A DNA stretch of 62,682 nt from Catajapyx aquilonaris. Its lineage: Eukaryota. Position 1 is the stretch's first letter. Every line of letters begins with the position of its first letter. This document shows positions 12,966 to 25,800 of the stretch, in pieces. The stretch is from the NCBI GenBank assembly GCA_000934665.2, contig KZ538549.1, positions 1 through 62,682 on the forward strand. The letters are read 5' to 3'. The position numbers and the translations under genes are program-made. The notes beneath the pieces are model-generated. The model ran no database searches, had not been told where the DNA came from, and worked only from the letters and a program-made list of their open reading frames with translations.

Positions 12966-14956
12966 ATGAGCAAGGCGCATCCTCCAGAGCTGAAGAAGTA
13001 AGCAGAGTTCATGTGCATGCAAACCAAATGCTAAACCTTCCAATTTTTTTCTGTTTCAGGTTTATGGACAAGAAGCTGTCCCGTGAGTTGCACTCCGCCT
13101 AGGGCCGTCTGATGGACAGTGCCTAGAAAGCGCCTGCAATGGTTTATTCGAAAACTGGGCAATTGTGTGGGTTAATTGGGGAATGGATGTAGAAAATCGG
13201 TGTGGACAAATCATTACACTGTTATTAGAGGAAGAGTCTATTTTCCACGGGAAAATTACCAAGTAGCGGTATACCCCAGAAGGTGTGCTACCAAGTTAAC
13301 AAGAACCAGAGTTTTGTAGTGAACTGGAGGCTTGTTATTATGAGCCAAGAAGTTAGCAACAAATGGGGTTCGAGAATTGGCTTCTTGAGAGCGTGGGAAC
13401 ACACTGTAATAGTGTGCGTAGGCATTTGTCCAGGTAGAACATGCAGCTTTTCTGTATTCGTTGGTCAGCCAATCTCCACATTTAGCGAACATTCATTTGA
13501 TTCGCAAGGAAAGTGCTTAGGGTCAACCCATGGGAGTGTTTTTTTTATCAAATTTGAGGGCGAAAAGCTGGTGGGAAGGCCCAAGTACGGGGAGCTGAAC
13601 TAACCCTGTTTCTAAGTCTACTGTACAAATTATGCCATTATTCTTTGGTAATACAGTAACTGATATGCAGAGGGAGGATCTATAGGATCATGTAAAGCCG
13701 CTTTTACATGTGAGCTATTTGATCGGTGATGTTGCAGTGATGTGCGTTGCTGAGCAATGTAAGCAGTGCTTTGGGCTGAAAGTAGCAATCGTGTTTTAAG
13801 AAGGGAAGGCATGAGCGATGACATACATCGCTGTAATTAGCTGCGTATCCAGGGTGTCAAAGACAAACTGAACGAACTGAACCGAACCGAACAATGAGGG
13901 AGTAGCACACAGTGGTGTATTCGGGTGGTAATACTATGATGGCACGTGGTGACATGAAGGCACCTGATTGTTTCACTGATTGTTTACGTTTGATTCAAAG
14001 TTCCCGTCGTCCTTTGTTCGGGCAATGCTGTAGCGATGCACGTCACTGGCTTGTAAACACGTCCGCGATGTTTAAGCGCTATCCCTTGTGAACGACATCA
14101 GAACCTCTACAACTCACATCACTCAGGAATGACATTGCTGCAACATTACTGATCAAATCACTCGCATGTAAACTTGGCTTTATACTGTGCACAGCCTGGA
14201 AAAACAGGTCATTTAGATTGAAGTACATTAAGGTAGGGGAATTAGGTTAGTGTAATCACTGAATAATAATGTAAGATTTGTGATCAGCTAAGGAGTACAT
14301 TATGGAATGACATGCAGGTATTGCGTTATTCATGTTCTACTGCAAAACTCAAAAACAGCACTGAAATGAAAGAAACAAAATATAATAGCTGACTTGTGAA
14401 AGTGTTGTCAGTTCACTATGTCTGAAATGTCACTTTGTCACTGTCTTCAAGCTTTAAATAATTTAAAGCTTGAAAACAGTGACAAACTACCTTAATGTAC
14501 TTCAATCTAAATGACCTGTTTTTCCAGGCTGTGCACAGTATAAAGCCAAGTTTACATGCGAGCGATTTGATCAGTGATGTTGCAATCCAATCCAATCCAG
14601 CACAAAGCCCACAAGGTTCCCCAAGTACAATAATTGTACTTGGGGAACCTCGTGGGCTTTGTGTGGAGAATAAGCCTCTTGTAAAACATGCAGGTTTCAG
14701 TAATTGTTGCAGGCACTTCCTAGGCTTCTGAGGTATGGTATGAAGGAGTACGAAGCTCATGGCATTTCTTCCTTTTGCAGTTAAGCTGAATGGCGGAAGG
14801 TATGTGGTAGGGATCCTGCGTGGTTTTGACCCATTCATGAACCTGGTGATGGATGAGACCATTGAGGAGTGCAAGGATGGAACCAAGAACAACATTGGAA
14901 TGGTTGTCATTCGGGGGAACAGCATCATCATGCTTGAAGCACTTGATCGGATATGA
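12966..14956 (+). CDS. SNRPG: Small nuclear ribonucleoprotein G (SmG), 76 aa
   Basis: Exons 12966-12997, 13060-13082, 14781-14956 give [82 protein letters not shown] at 15175. Confidence 0.97.
13695..14180. mobile_element. MITE in SmG intron 2
   Basis: Imperfect TIR of about 43 bp AAGCCGCTTTTACATGTGAGCTATTTGATCGGTGATGTTGCAG / CTGCAACATTACTGATCAAATCACTCGCATGTAAACTTGGCTT, flanked by TA on both sides. Confidence 0.65.
14139..14584. repeat. 98-bp inverted duplication (14139-14236 / 14487-14584)
   Basis: Arms are reverse complements with 2 mismatches; 250-bp spacer. Confidence 0.9.
14601..14663. repeat. Near-perfect 63-bp palindrome
   Basis: CACAAAGCCCACAAGGTTCCCCAAGTACAAT-A-ATTGTACTTGGGGAACCTCGTGGGCTTTGTG; 1 mismatch, 1-nt centre. 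Confidence 0.9.
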
Positions 14957-15855
14957 GCCAACCAACTCCTCCAGCATTTCACAGGCAAAGAGCCACTTTT
15001 ATTTTGAATAGGTCTAAAATGTCTCTGTAATTGTAAACTTGAAGAAAGTTAACCTTATAAGTGGTATGAGTTTGTTGCATTTGTGCAACTTATGACATGT
15101 GTAACTGGCCCACCTTCATCTCCATACATAATTAAGGCACAGATACATGATGTAAACATTTCTCATAAAATAATAATAAAATTTTGTATCAACAACTTTC
15201 ACCTCCCCATAGTTTACTTCAAGTGGTAAAGTCATGTAATGTAGATCCTTAGGCCAATTTATATTAAGCAGATTTTCCCCGATAAAGTGCACACTAGCGA
15301 ATGATAGTGATCAAGAGGAATAATATTATGACAACCTCTCAATTGACACTTATGCTTATTTTAGAAGATGTCATTGGTGGGGGAAAAAACTCTGCTGGCT
15401 TGTAGGTAGGTGTCATCCATAATACTGTACAGTGTACTGTACATTGTGCTGGTAAGGGTTTGGGGGGTCAGGAAGGGTTTTAAAAAGCTGAAGGTCACCA
15501 TGATTGTATACTTGATGGATAACCCCTTGATTGTGGTTGATGTGGAATTGATAGTGCATTCACACAGTCTGCAATCTAAACAAGTGTGCATGAAGCAAGA
15601 AAGCATTCACCACATGCTACACTGGGTGGAGCAGGAGAAGAATCATTTTCTGCTTTTTGTCATTTTTTATTTATTTATTAAAAATCCTCGAAGTCCATAC
15701 TACGTCAAGTGGTATGACATTTTATGGATTGTATAATTTTGAAAAACTTGAGTAGGCCTTCAACTGCTGAAATAGGGTCATTAAAGGTGAGCAGTATTTA
15801 TGTATCTTTATGCCAAAATATGTACTGTAGAACATCTGCTAGGCACATTTTCATC

Positions 15856-15904
15856 AATCACAATTTCTAACGACAAAGGTCCTTTGTCGTTAGAAATTGT
15901 GATT
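15856..15904. repeat. Perfect 49-bp palindrome
   Basis: AATCACAATTTCTAACGACAAAGG-T-CCTTTGTCGTTAGAAATTGTGATT. Confidence 0.9.
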
Positions 15905-16839
15905 TAAAACCTTAATAAGAAATTTGAAACCCTGTGTTAGACCTGTGGCCTGTTAGGGAACATTTAAATAATAACCTTCTCTATTCACTCATTGCAATGT
16001 GACAGATTTTGATAGTGGGAGGAAAGAGGAGAACACCCAAAATGCAGAGAATCCGTCTTCTGTGACTGTGACAAATTCCTCTGTCCAATCCAGGGATGCA
16101 GCTTAGTACCTCAGCAGTGGAAGGCCATGACAAACAACCTCTACGACACTAATTTTAAAAATGTTGCTAGTGTGAATAAAAACCTGCATGGAAACCACAC
16201 AACTTTCCAACAGATGACTAAATGAACTGATAGTTCTGCTTGTGGTTCTGCTGATGAAGTGCTCATTGAAGGGAGGCGGAGTGGTGCTGCTGTAACGCAT
16301 GTGCCAACAGATGTTAAGGTCCCGGGTTTAAACCCAACCCGGGGTTCCCCTCTTCATCTCGGATGGAAATTTCCGCTAGACTAATCCACCCATAAGTAGT
16401 GTCGTCAATAATTACAAGTTTACAATAATAACTGCTGATGATTGCTAGGGCAGTTCTTAGGACGGTCGGCAAGTTGAAATTTGGCGGCGTATAGGGAGGG
16501 AGGGAGAGGGAGGCAGGCAGGCAGGGGTTATTGACCAATCTGTGGGAGGGGGAGGCCCAGGCAGGCAGGGCGGGCAGAGAAAGGGAAAGTGTTCGGTTAG
16601 TGGGAGAGGGAGGACGGAGGAGGAGCCTACACATCGACGATCAGTGAGCGAGCGGGGGAAAGAGGGTGGGAAACACCGATACTGTCGGACACGGGCGAGA
16701 AGATTGTCGACGAGGTTGCGGTGGCAGTGGCACACACGCACACATCTGCGGCACAAAAGAGACGGGGCTTGCGCCGAGGGCGGTGGGCGTGCAGACTGCA
16801 GAGAGGGAGAGAGACAGGGAGTGGGAGTCGAGAGTCAAG

Positions 16840-19800
16840 ATGGCCGAAGAGGAGAAGAGCCCAGGATCTGACATGGACAACCCGCACACAAAGAACGGAA
16901 ACTTCATCTGCGGTGTCGTCGAAGGTAATTGGGAACACGGCCGGGTGGACATGCCCAGACTGTGTGGTGCCATCCCAACCGTGTTGGGGGAACACACATT
17001 AATCAATGGGAACATAGGAGCACCCGATGAAAGTTATTTAGTGTGGCCTGGCTGGTCATGGCTTTAGTTGGCCATTAGGCTGGTCACTCTTGGCTAACCA
17101 AGCCAATGACTGGGCTGTACTGGAGTGGCAATCAGGGAACAGTCATATCTGTTTGGATAGTTGTAATTGAATTATTAGCTAGCCGTTTTAATGATGACGT
17201 AATTGACAAATTGGTCATTTCTTTGTTTCATATGAGATGACCACTTTTCCTTGCAGGTTTCTATGGTCGACCGTGGACCACAGAGCAGCGCAAAGATCTG
17301 TTCCAAAAGATGAAGAAGTGGGGCATGGATTCTTACCTGTATGCTCCAAAGGATGATTACAAGCATCGTGCTTATTGGCGAGAGTTGTACACTGTGGAGG
17401 AGGCAGAGCACCTCACAAGTCTTGTTGCTGCAGCTAGAGAGTGCAATGTTACCTTCTACTATGCCTTGTCACCAGGAATCGATATTACCTACTCCAGCTC
17501 CAAGGAGATTGCTTGCCTCAAGAGGAAGCTGGAGCAGGTGGGCCAGTTCGGATGCACTGCCTTTGCTCTGCTGTTTGATGACATTGAATCCGAGATGTCT
17601 GAGGCTGACAAGGAAGTTTTCCAGTCCTTTGCGCATGCTCAGGTAAGAACTGTCTGAGCTAGTGAGCATGGATAGTATTTTTATATTGGTCAATCATATT
17701 TGCTTGAGCGTATCTACTTGTTGAGGCGAAAAAGGATTGCTGATGGTAGTTTCTAAGGACAAATAGCTGCCTTACAGCATTGGCTTGCCTTTGTGTTAAA
17801 ATACCTTTGCCTTGTGTAGATGTCTGTAATAAATTAATTACATAGCTTCCTTCAAGACCATGTCAAATATAATTTTATCAATGTGTAAAGCTCTAGCAGT
17901 TTTGGGTAGACGTAAAAAAGTATAAAATGTAGAGAGAAGTAGAGGGATTGGTTGCATTAGGCATCTGGGGGATTAAGTTATTGACCTCATTAGTCCAAAG
18001 GTTAATATATGCAAGGGTATCAGATTTGCTGTGCTTTCTGATAGTGGAGCACTTGTTAGCTATACGGCCAATAGATAACTAAAAATATTTATGACTACAA
18101 CCAAATGAAGATAATGATATATATATTTTAAGAAATTATGTGGCAGTAGCAGGATGTTCCAGTAATATGCAGGGCAGTTCATTATCTGAGTGCACAGTTC
18201 AAAAGGGTAATAATGGGGAAAATGTTATGTGTATTATTATGTACTCCAGCAACCAGTATACAAAAGCACATGCACACACCCTTCCCCTCCCACACATGTA
18301 CTATGCTATTCTGTATAGTGGTATTTCATGGAGGTGAAACTGCTTGTCCAAATACCTAACAAAAGCATCATTACAGGTGTCTGTGACGAATGAGGTGTAC
18401 CAGCATGTGGGCCAGCCAAAGTTTTTGTTCTGCCCCACCCAATACTGCGAGGTGCGAGCCATTCCAAATGTGTCCAACTCGGAGTACCTTAATACCATTG
18501 GAGCTAAGTTGGCTCCAGGAATTGATGTAATGTGGACTGGACCAAAAGTGATTTCCAAAAGCCTCACCCCAGAATCAGTAGAGGATATCACTGAAGTGCT
18601 GCGAAGGCCACCAGTGATTTGGGATAATCTTCATGCAAATGATTATGACCAGAAACGCTTGTACTTGGGTCCTTATTCTGGTCGAACCACTGACTTGATC
18701 CCAAGGCTGCGAGGTGTTTTGCTGAACCCAAACTGCGAATATGGTGCTAACTTTGTTGCCATTCACACCCTGGCTCAGTGGAGCCGATGCAATCTGGATG
18801 ACCGTAGAGAAGTGAATGATTCGGTTAGTGCTGACATTAAACTTGAGACAGAGGGTGAGGATGGCAGTGTTGAGGATGTACCTGCAACACTACCTGTTAC
18901 AACGTACCATCCACGACGTGCATTGCGTAATGCAATTCATGACTGGCTTGGTGAATTTAAACGTACAAAAGCAGTCTGGGGTCCCATTCAGAGGCCACAG
19001 ATTGTGGCAGCAGCTCCGGTGCCAGTGATGCCATCAGTCAACACGTGTATGACAGTGACAGCAACAACAACAACTGCATCAGGTGGCGCCATCACAGCAA
19101 GTGTTGGAGCCATGCTACTTCCAATGCCAGTAGTGCCGGCAGTTTTGGCTGCTGGTGGAGTGCAGGCAGGCGGGCCAACCTCACCAACAGTGATGATAAA
19201 TGCTAATCAACTACATGTCTTGGCAGAGGTAGGACAACCATTTTGCAAACCATTTTGATTTGTATCTGAAATGTATGCTTATAGCTTATTCATAGATGTG
19301 GGCTTTAATAAGTTCTGCACATCAGTTCTTGGCACATGGAAATAGTTTATGCATGAAAACTGGAGATTTGAGTGTATATGAGAACAGGACTGTCCTTGTT
19401 GAACTCAGGAGTTAGTTTTTAAAGCCTTGATATCGAGGACCAAAGAAATATACCAGTTAATAACATCCCACCTGACTTTGGAAAGTGCCATTTGTGCCAC
19501 TTAGGGCTTGCCAATAGAGCACTCAGGAAATAAAAGTATAAATATTTCTGAAAATCCTTTTGCAATTGGAGGTGAATGGACTATGTACTGTACCTGAATT
19601 TTTTCAAAATCTTGCCGTGAGGACAGCTGTTAAAATGAAATGAAACATTGTCATTAAAATTGAATCTTGAGTAGTGATGACTCCCTGGGTTGATGTAGGG
19701 AGCCATCAAGGCTCAAGATTAAATTGAAATTAGCATGTGGAAAAATATTTTGCATCCAATATATTACATGTCTGGTGTCTTAAGGATACACTCTCTTTAA

Positions 19801-22800
19801 GAGAGTAATTCACAGCTCTGGAGGTTACAATATATTGTCTGCCCTTCATGAAAAGTTGGTCATGAGAGAAAATGATACACCTGGCCCTCCCAAGTTTTTC
19901 TATGTATATGCCAACATGTAACAGTACGAGCAATAGTCGCACATACACATACATTCAGAAGGACTTGGGAGTGGTGCTCACAAGTTAGTGTCCCAGTTTA
20001 AAATCACATTAAATTTTTTAACATAAATATAAACTTTTTAACGTGGTGCACATGAACCAATTGTTCACACAATGTCATTGTAATAGACAGTTTTGTGGAG
20101 TGCATGCCTAGTCTTGTGTGCATGCCTAATTCACCTGTGACTGGGGTACTCCAATTGAAAAGTCCATAGTGGTTTGCAACTCTATTTCACTTCTAGCAGG
20201 TTACTTGGCGTTGCCTGGGTATGTTGGGGTGCTGGTAAAGGTAGGGGTACATATATATTAGGGAGTTTGTTTGTAAAATTTGTGTTCCTTGAGATGCCTT
20301 AAAATAGGCCTTATAAGTAACAATAAGCCAAAGTTTGTCACTATCTGTGATAGATTACCTGCTTCTCTTATAGCGTATAGTCGACACAGATATGCTGATT
20401 GGATGTGTAAAATGAGGAATACGGACAGAGTTGACCCAGGAAAAGACTGCACAGCCATGTGTTTTTCCTCCAGAATATCAGACCCCTTCACCCCCAACCC
20501 CACGTCACACCACTACCTTGTTCCATATGTTTGCCCTGAAGAACTTTAGAAAATAATAACGTATACAGATGCCTGGTGGGCAATTTTGTTTTCAGCACTG
20601 TGAGTAATTTTTGTAAAAAAATTTAAAAAATATATATATTTATTTGTGTCTGGAAGTCTGCTTTCAAATCCCACAAAATCCCGGAATGACCATATGATAC
20701 GAACTCACATGAGGTGGCCAATTAGCTAAATTGGCGGATGCATTGAATTTACGGCGATGGTACGTGTAAAAAAGAGAGGCGGAGGATATACGGTATAGAT
20801 GCAATGTAAATGGAAAACCCTTGATGGTTTAATTTGCTAGGTATTGTTGTATAATAAGGGCATTTCCATGGGATTGCTAACTTGGAAAAAGAGTAATTAT
20901 TGTTGATTTATTGATATTATGTTAATTGTTGAGGCCCGAGTAGTGAGAAGATTCGGGAGTATGCGTGTTGTGGGAGTTAGGCTCATTTTCGCATGCTGGA
21001 ACATGCACCATTAAATTCCTCGAAAAAAGTAACCCCCGAAGAGCTCGTTTAAGGTGGTGTAGGGGCATTCCCCTGGATTTCTGTAGCAAAGGAACAAACA
21101 AACAACTCCACAAACAAACGAACTAAAATATAGATTAAGATCTGCTTATTACCATATTTTAGAACATAGAGCACCATGCCAGTATCAATAGGGGGTGACA
21201 AGTTGGCTGTTATCCAGAGTACATGAATACAGAAGCAGCAGCTATTGTTTAATATTATTTCACTGACCAGGAATCTACTTTCTCTTAGGCTAGTGCAGAA
21301 GCACTACCTCTTCAGACAGGTCCTGTTCCAGTGATGAATTCCCTTGTGGCTGAGAACAAGGTGGTTTGCAATGAGACCACTGGTGTTGGCATCACTCCAG
21401 AGGGCGAAAGGAGTGTATCTCTTGACCTGCCTGCTGTCGCAGCCAGCACCCCTGCCATTGCCAGTCCCTCTGAATCTACCACTGCCCCCGTTCAAGAACC
21501 AATGGACTGCAATCCAACACCAAATAGCTCACCTCCAAGAGCAAAAACAACTGTTGAAGATGTTCCTATGATGGAGCAAAGTGAGTTTATTGGAGATGAT
21601 GATAATCTCGACCATATGAATGCACACTGTTGTATTCAGTTTCCTGCAATTGTAACCAGAAGCATCCCTGAATTTTTTTAAACAAATAATGATGCTGTGA
21701 TTTCTTGATTGACATAATGATACCTGTTGCATCAGAAGACAAAAAATTACATTTTGAAATAATTAAAATTTAAGTGCCCAATTGCCACAAAAAGTCGGAT
21801 TAGCTAACATGAATACATTTGCTTGGTAGATGAGGTGAAGAATGGATTGGAGGTCGATACAGGTGTGAACTCTGAAGCTGCTGCCACCACTCCAACATCT
21901 TCGAGTTCTTCATCTGGCATGCTGGTGGAATCTGCTGATGGGGAGGAGGATGGAAGCAGGGAAGAAGGGGTGGTGGGGGAAGAGGAAGGGGGAGTTGATG
22001 GGAGGGAGGGGTCAGGTAGGAAGGAGGAGGAGGAACTGACCATAGAGGATCTTGCTCTTCTCTGTGACCTCTTCTACTTACCTTTTGAGCATGGGGCTCA
22101 AGGAATGCAGCTGCTTCAAGAGTTCAACTGGCTTAAGGTTAATGCACAGCTTGTAATTGGCTATGGTGGACCTACTGATGTGGATTCCTCCAAGCCAGAG
22201 GTGGGTTGAAAAATGTGCATTCAATCAATTACAGTGATCACTATAACAGTATTGTAATGATGAAATCAATATAATTCGCGCATTTTCTTATGTATTTAAA
22301 ATGTAATGACTTGCTGCTTATGTCAATAATCTAACGGTTGGGCTGTGTATGTTGCATCAATTTTTACATGTTTAAAATTTTCTCAAGTACACAGTGAACT
22401 ATACAGGGTGTCTATTGTAACTCTGCAAAGACTTTCAGGGATAATAGAGGGGACCAAGACAAGTATTTTTGACATAGGAACCCGTGTCCGGAAACGTCAT
22501 CTAGAGGGGGTTCACAGACAAGGAACGGGTGAGCTCAGACGCGTCACGCGGGAGGCGCTAGGGGAGCGGCCTGTTTTGTTGATAGATGGCGCTCGGATAG
22601 TAACCAACGATGCAATGTGTCATAACCTGACAACAGCAGAGCCATCTAGCAACTAAAGTTTGCCTCCTAGGAGACGCGCGGATAGTCAACAGCGGTTCTG
22701 TTGTTGCCATGTTATGGCGTATCGTGCTGTTGTTTTCTTACATAAACTGGCAACAACTGCGCGCCATCTATCAACAAAACAGTCCGCTCGACTTGCGCCT

Positions 22801-25800
22801 CTCGCGTGACGCGTCTGAGCGCACCCGTTCCTCGTCTATGAACCCCCTCTGGATGGCGTTTCCGGACACGGTTTCCTATGTCAAAAATGTTAGTCTTGGT
22901 CCCCTCTATCACCCCTAGAAGTTTGTCGGTTGAATTCATTTACACCCTGTATGCTAGGGTGCACGTGATAAGAAATATTATAGTAGTGCTTTGTTTTTTG
23001 TGTCATGATAAGCCTTCATTGCCCAATGTTTGCAGGTGCAAGAGTGGTTTGAGAGAGTGAGCAAGTTTGAAGAGATGAGCTGCACTTTGAACAGACTGTT
23101 CACACGACTGAGTGGCAGCGCTAATAGGGAGCTCCTGTATGACCTGTACCCTTATGTGTGGGACATGCGAGGAGTGGTGTCCCTCATGAACTCCTACCTC
23201 AGGTGGTTGGGTGAGTCTCAGTGGAAAACAAGTGTCACATACAAGGAGCAACGAGAAACTCCCTATGACCTCCTTAGAGTGGTTACCATCAATACAGCAT
23301 ATATTTTACATGCTCTGAATTTGTAGGGTTTTGCAGGAATTTATGGCATGATTTATTTGTCAGAGGAATGTCAAAGAAAGCGATTGGAGGAAGCATGTGA
23401 TGCTCTCAAGTCCTTTTTTTTGTGCCATGCTGAACTGGAGCAGATGGAAAGCAGTGATACTTAACCCATTTATTTGTTTGGTTTGAGGCATTGATTGGAA
23501 ACGGCCATGCTGCATGGACCCACATATGTTGTATGCTTGAGTGCGGTATTACAACAACAACAACAAAATTAATTGAGCAATGGGTCATGAAGTGGAAGAG
23601 TGGAATAAATCCCATCTTTGCTTTATTCAATCCATGCCTCAACTTTGTTTCTGACCATGTATAAAATAATACACCAAAAAAGCAAGAACCATGCAACAAG
23701 AGTGAACAGAACACTGGACTAATAGATTTGCCCTTTCTTTTCTCTTGTCTCTTTCCGGACAGCGCTGGGTAGCATTCCGCAGATGGTGAGCAACTACGTC
23801 CAGGGCACCTATACATGTACGCATCTGGTACCATCCTTTTCTCTCTCTCTTTCTCTCACTGTGTCTCTTTTCAACGGGACTCTCTCTCCTCCTGGACAAC
23901 ACCTCCCTTTATTGCTTTTCATGAAGTAGTGCCTGCCATCAAAAATCCACGAGAGAGAGAGAGAAAATTAACCAATGGGGTATATGTTTGGTCGGTAGGT
24001 ACGAAACTAGTTGATTATCCCTGCAACGTTTGGAGATGAATTAAAATGGAATACTGGCTCGCTGAAAGGCGTGATGGGGCAATCAACTAGCCACCAAAAT
24101 CTATAAAAGCCGCATTGCGCTTAGGCGTTGGTTTTTCTTTTAAGTGGGGTTATTTTTTGGGGTAATGAACAAGTATTTCAGGTGATGGATGCAGTCCGTT
24201 TGTTATAATAACTCATGTGCAATATTGTCTGCCAGGCCATTCATGTAAATTTTTGTTTAGATCATCTCATTTCCATATTGAAGGCATCATAGGATGTAAG
24301 AACTGTGCCTGGTGGATGGTGTTTTATAGACTGGCACTACCCTACACGAGGGCAAAATAAGAATCAAGGCGATATGTTATGTTTGGTAATTCATGAAGGC
24401 AACACGGTTGCACCTGTTTGTGGGATGGTTCCTCTTCTATAAAACCCCGTCCAAAGCACCGTACCTAATGCTGATTTTCTTGTAAAAATTACTACTGTTT
24501 CAGGTGATGCCCTCAACATGAAAGATGGTTGTTTGGCCTGGCAAGTTTTTATTCCCCTTTTGTTATAATGCACAGTGACTGTGTGTGAAGGGATCCACAC
24601 ACCGTCACTGTTTTGCGCTTGCGTAACTGATAGGACAGAAATGCGGCTTAGAGCGCTTAGAGCGAAATCCCCATTATTTTTTCCACTCATTCCATTCATT
24701 TGGCCTAGCCAATTTGCCTGGACAAACACTCTCCCATTGTATCATTTCTTTTGTTAAGAAAAAAATGGGCACAAGTTTACCAGGCAACTTGACAGTGCGA
24801 ATCAGGCCTCTGTAGTTTGCCAAAGGGGCTTGATTCAGCCTTTGAAGCGCAGCAGCGATTTCATAAATTGTTCACTGTGGACTTCGAATATCAGAAGTAT
24901 GTGAGTCAAGTTTGTGTGGTTTTTTTTATTCTACAGGGTTTTCAAAAGGCTGGAAGGAAGCATTTATGAGTGGTGACCAGGAGCCTTGGGTGTTCAGAGG
25001 TGGGCTAACTGCCGACCTTCAGGTAAGTTGAATTTTGCTTGTCTCCATTATGAGAAACTACAAAATCTTCTCATTACCAACAGAGACTGATACCAGTGGA
25101 TTCTGGTAATGACCTCTTTGTGTACAAGGCTCCTGAACTTCCCTCTACAAAGATATATACCATCAGGCCATACTTGTCAGGTGATCTCAACTCTGTCCAA
25201 GAGGTCAGCAGGCTCACATGCCATAATCCATCTCAAGCTCATCTCCTGGTGGACAGGTCAGTTTACAAACCAGCTGCTCCATTCCACTTTTGGTAGAGCC
25301 AGTGAATTTTGGCTATAGGTCCTCTATGGCAAACCAACGCCACCAAATTAACCAGGGTATTAAGCAGCTTCCCAGTTTGGTTGGAAATGTACTGTCAATT
25401 TTCTCAGCTTGGAATTTGTTTGAATTCGTGTTGGCATGTGCTGGTAATAATATTGTTTAAATGATGAACCCTGCACAAACCTAATGCTAATCCACTAGAT
25501 AGGATCCTACTCTTGCCATTCACTTGCGCTTGTCAGTGCAGCACTAAACAGCGTGAGTTATTTTCTGATTTTCCCAGACTAGTCCAAAGCCTGGTGAGAC
25601 AGAGCCCTGAACTGTGCATGGTGGTGGAGGAGGATGCAGCGGGAGTGATTGGGTATGCACTAGCAGCGTTGGACTCTAAGCAACACCTCAAGCGCCTGGT
25701 AGAGACAACAGTTGCAACACAAAACGGTGCAGATGTCAGCAGTGGAGGAGAGCAGCCACTTGTGGATGAAGGAGGCACTGACTATTGTTGGCAGGGTCTG

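Noticed and set aside
8273..16380. tRNA genes at about 8273, 10600-10673 and 16276-16380
   Set aside because: A/B boxes are present but there is no full cloverleaf; these are SINE heads, and the last is too degenerate to call.
20240..21137. Possible Helitron-like end (ACAAACAAAC...TATAGATT)
   Set aside because: No matching opposite terminus or hairpin-CTAG found.
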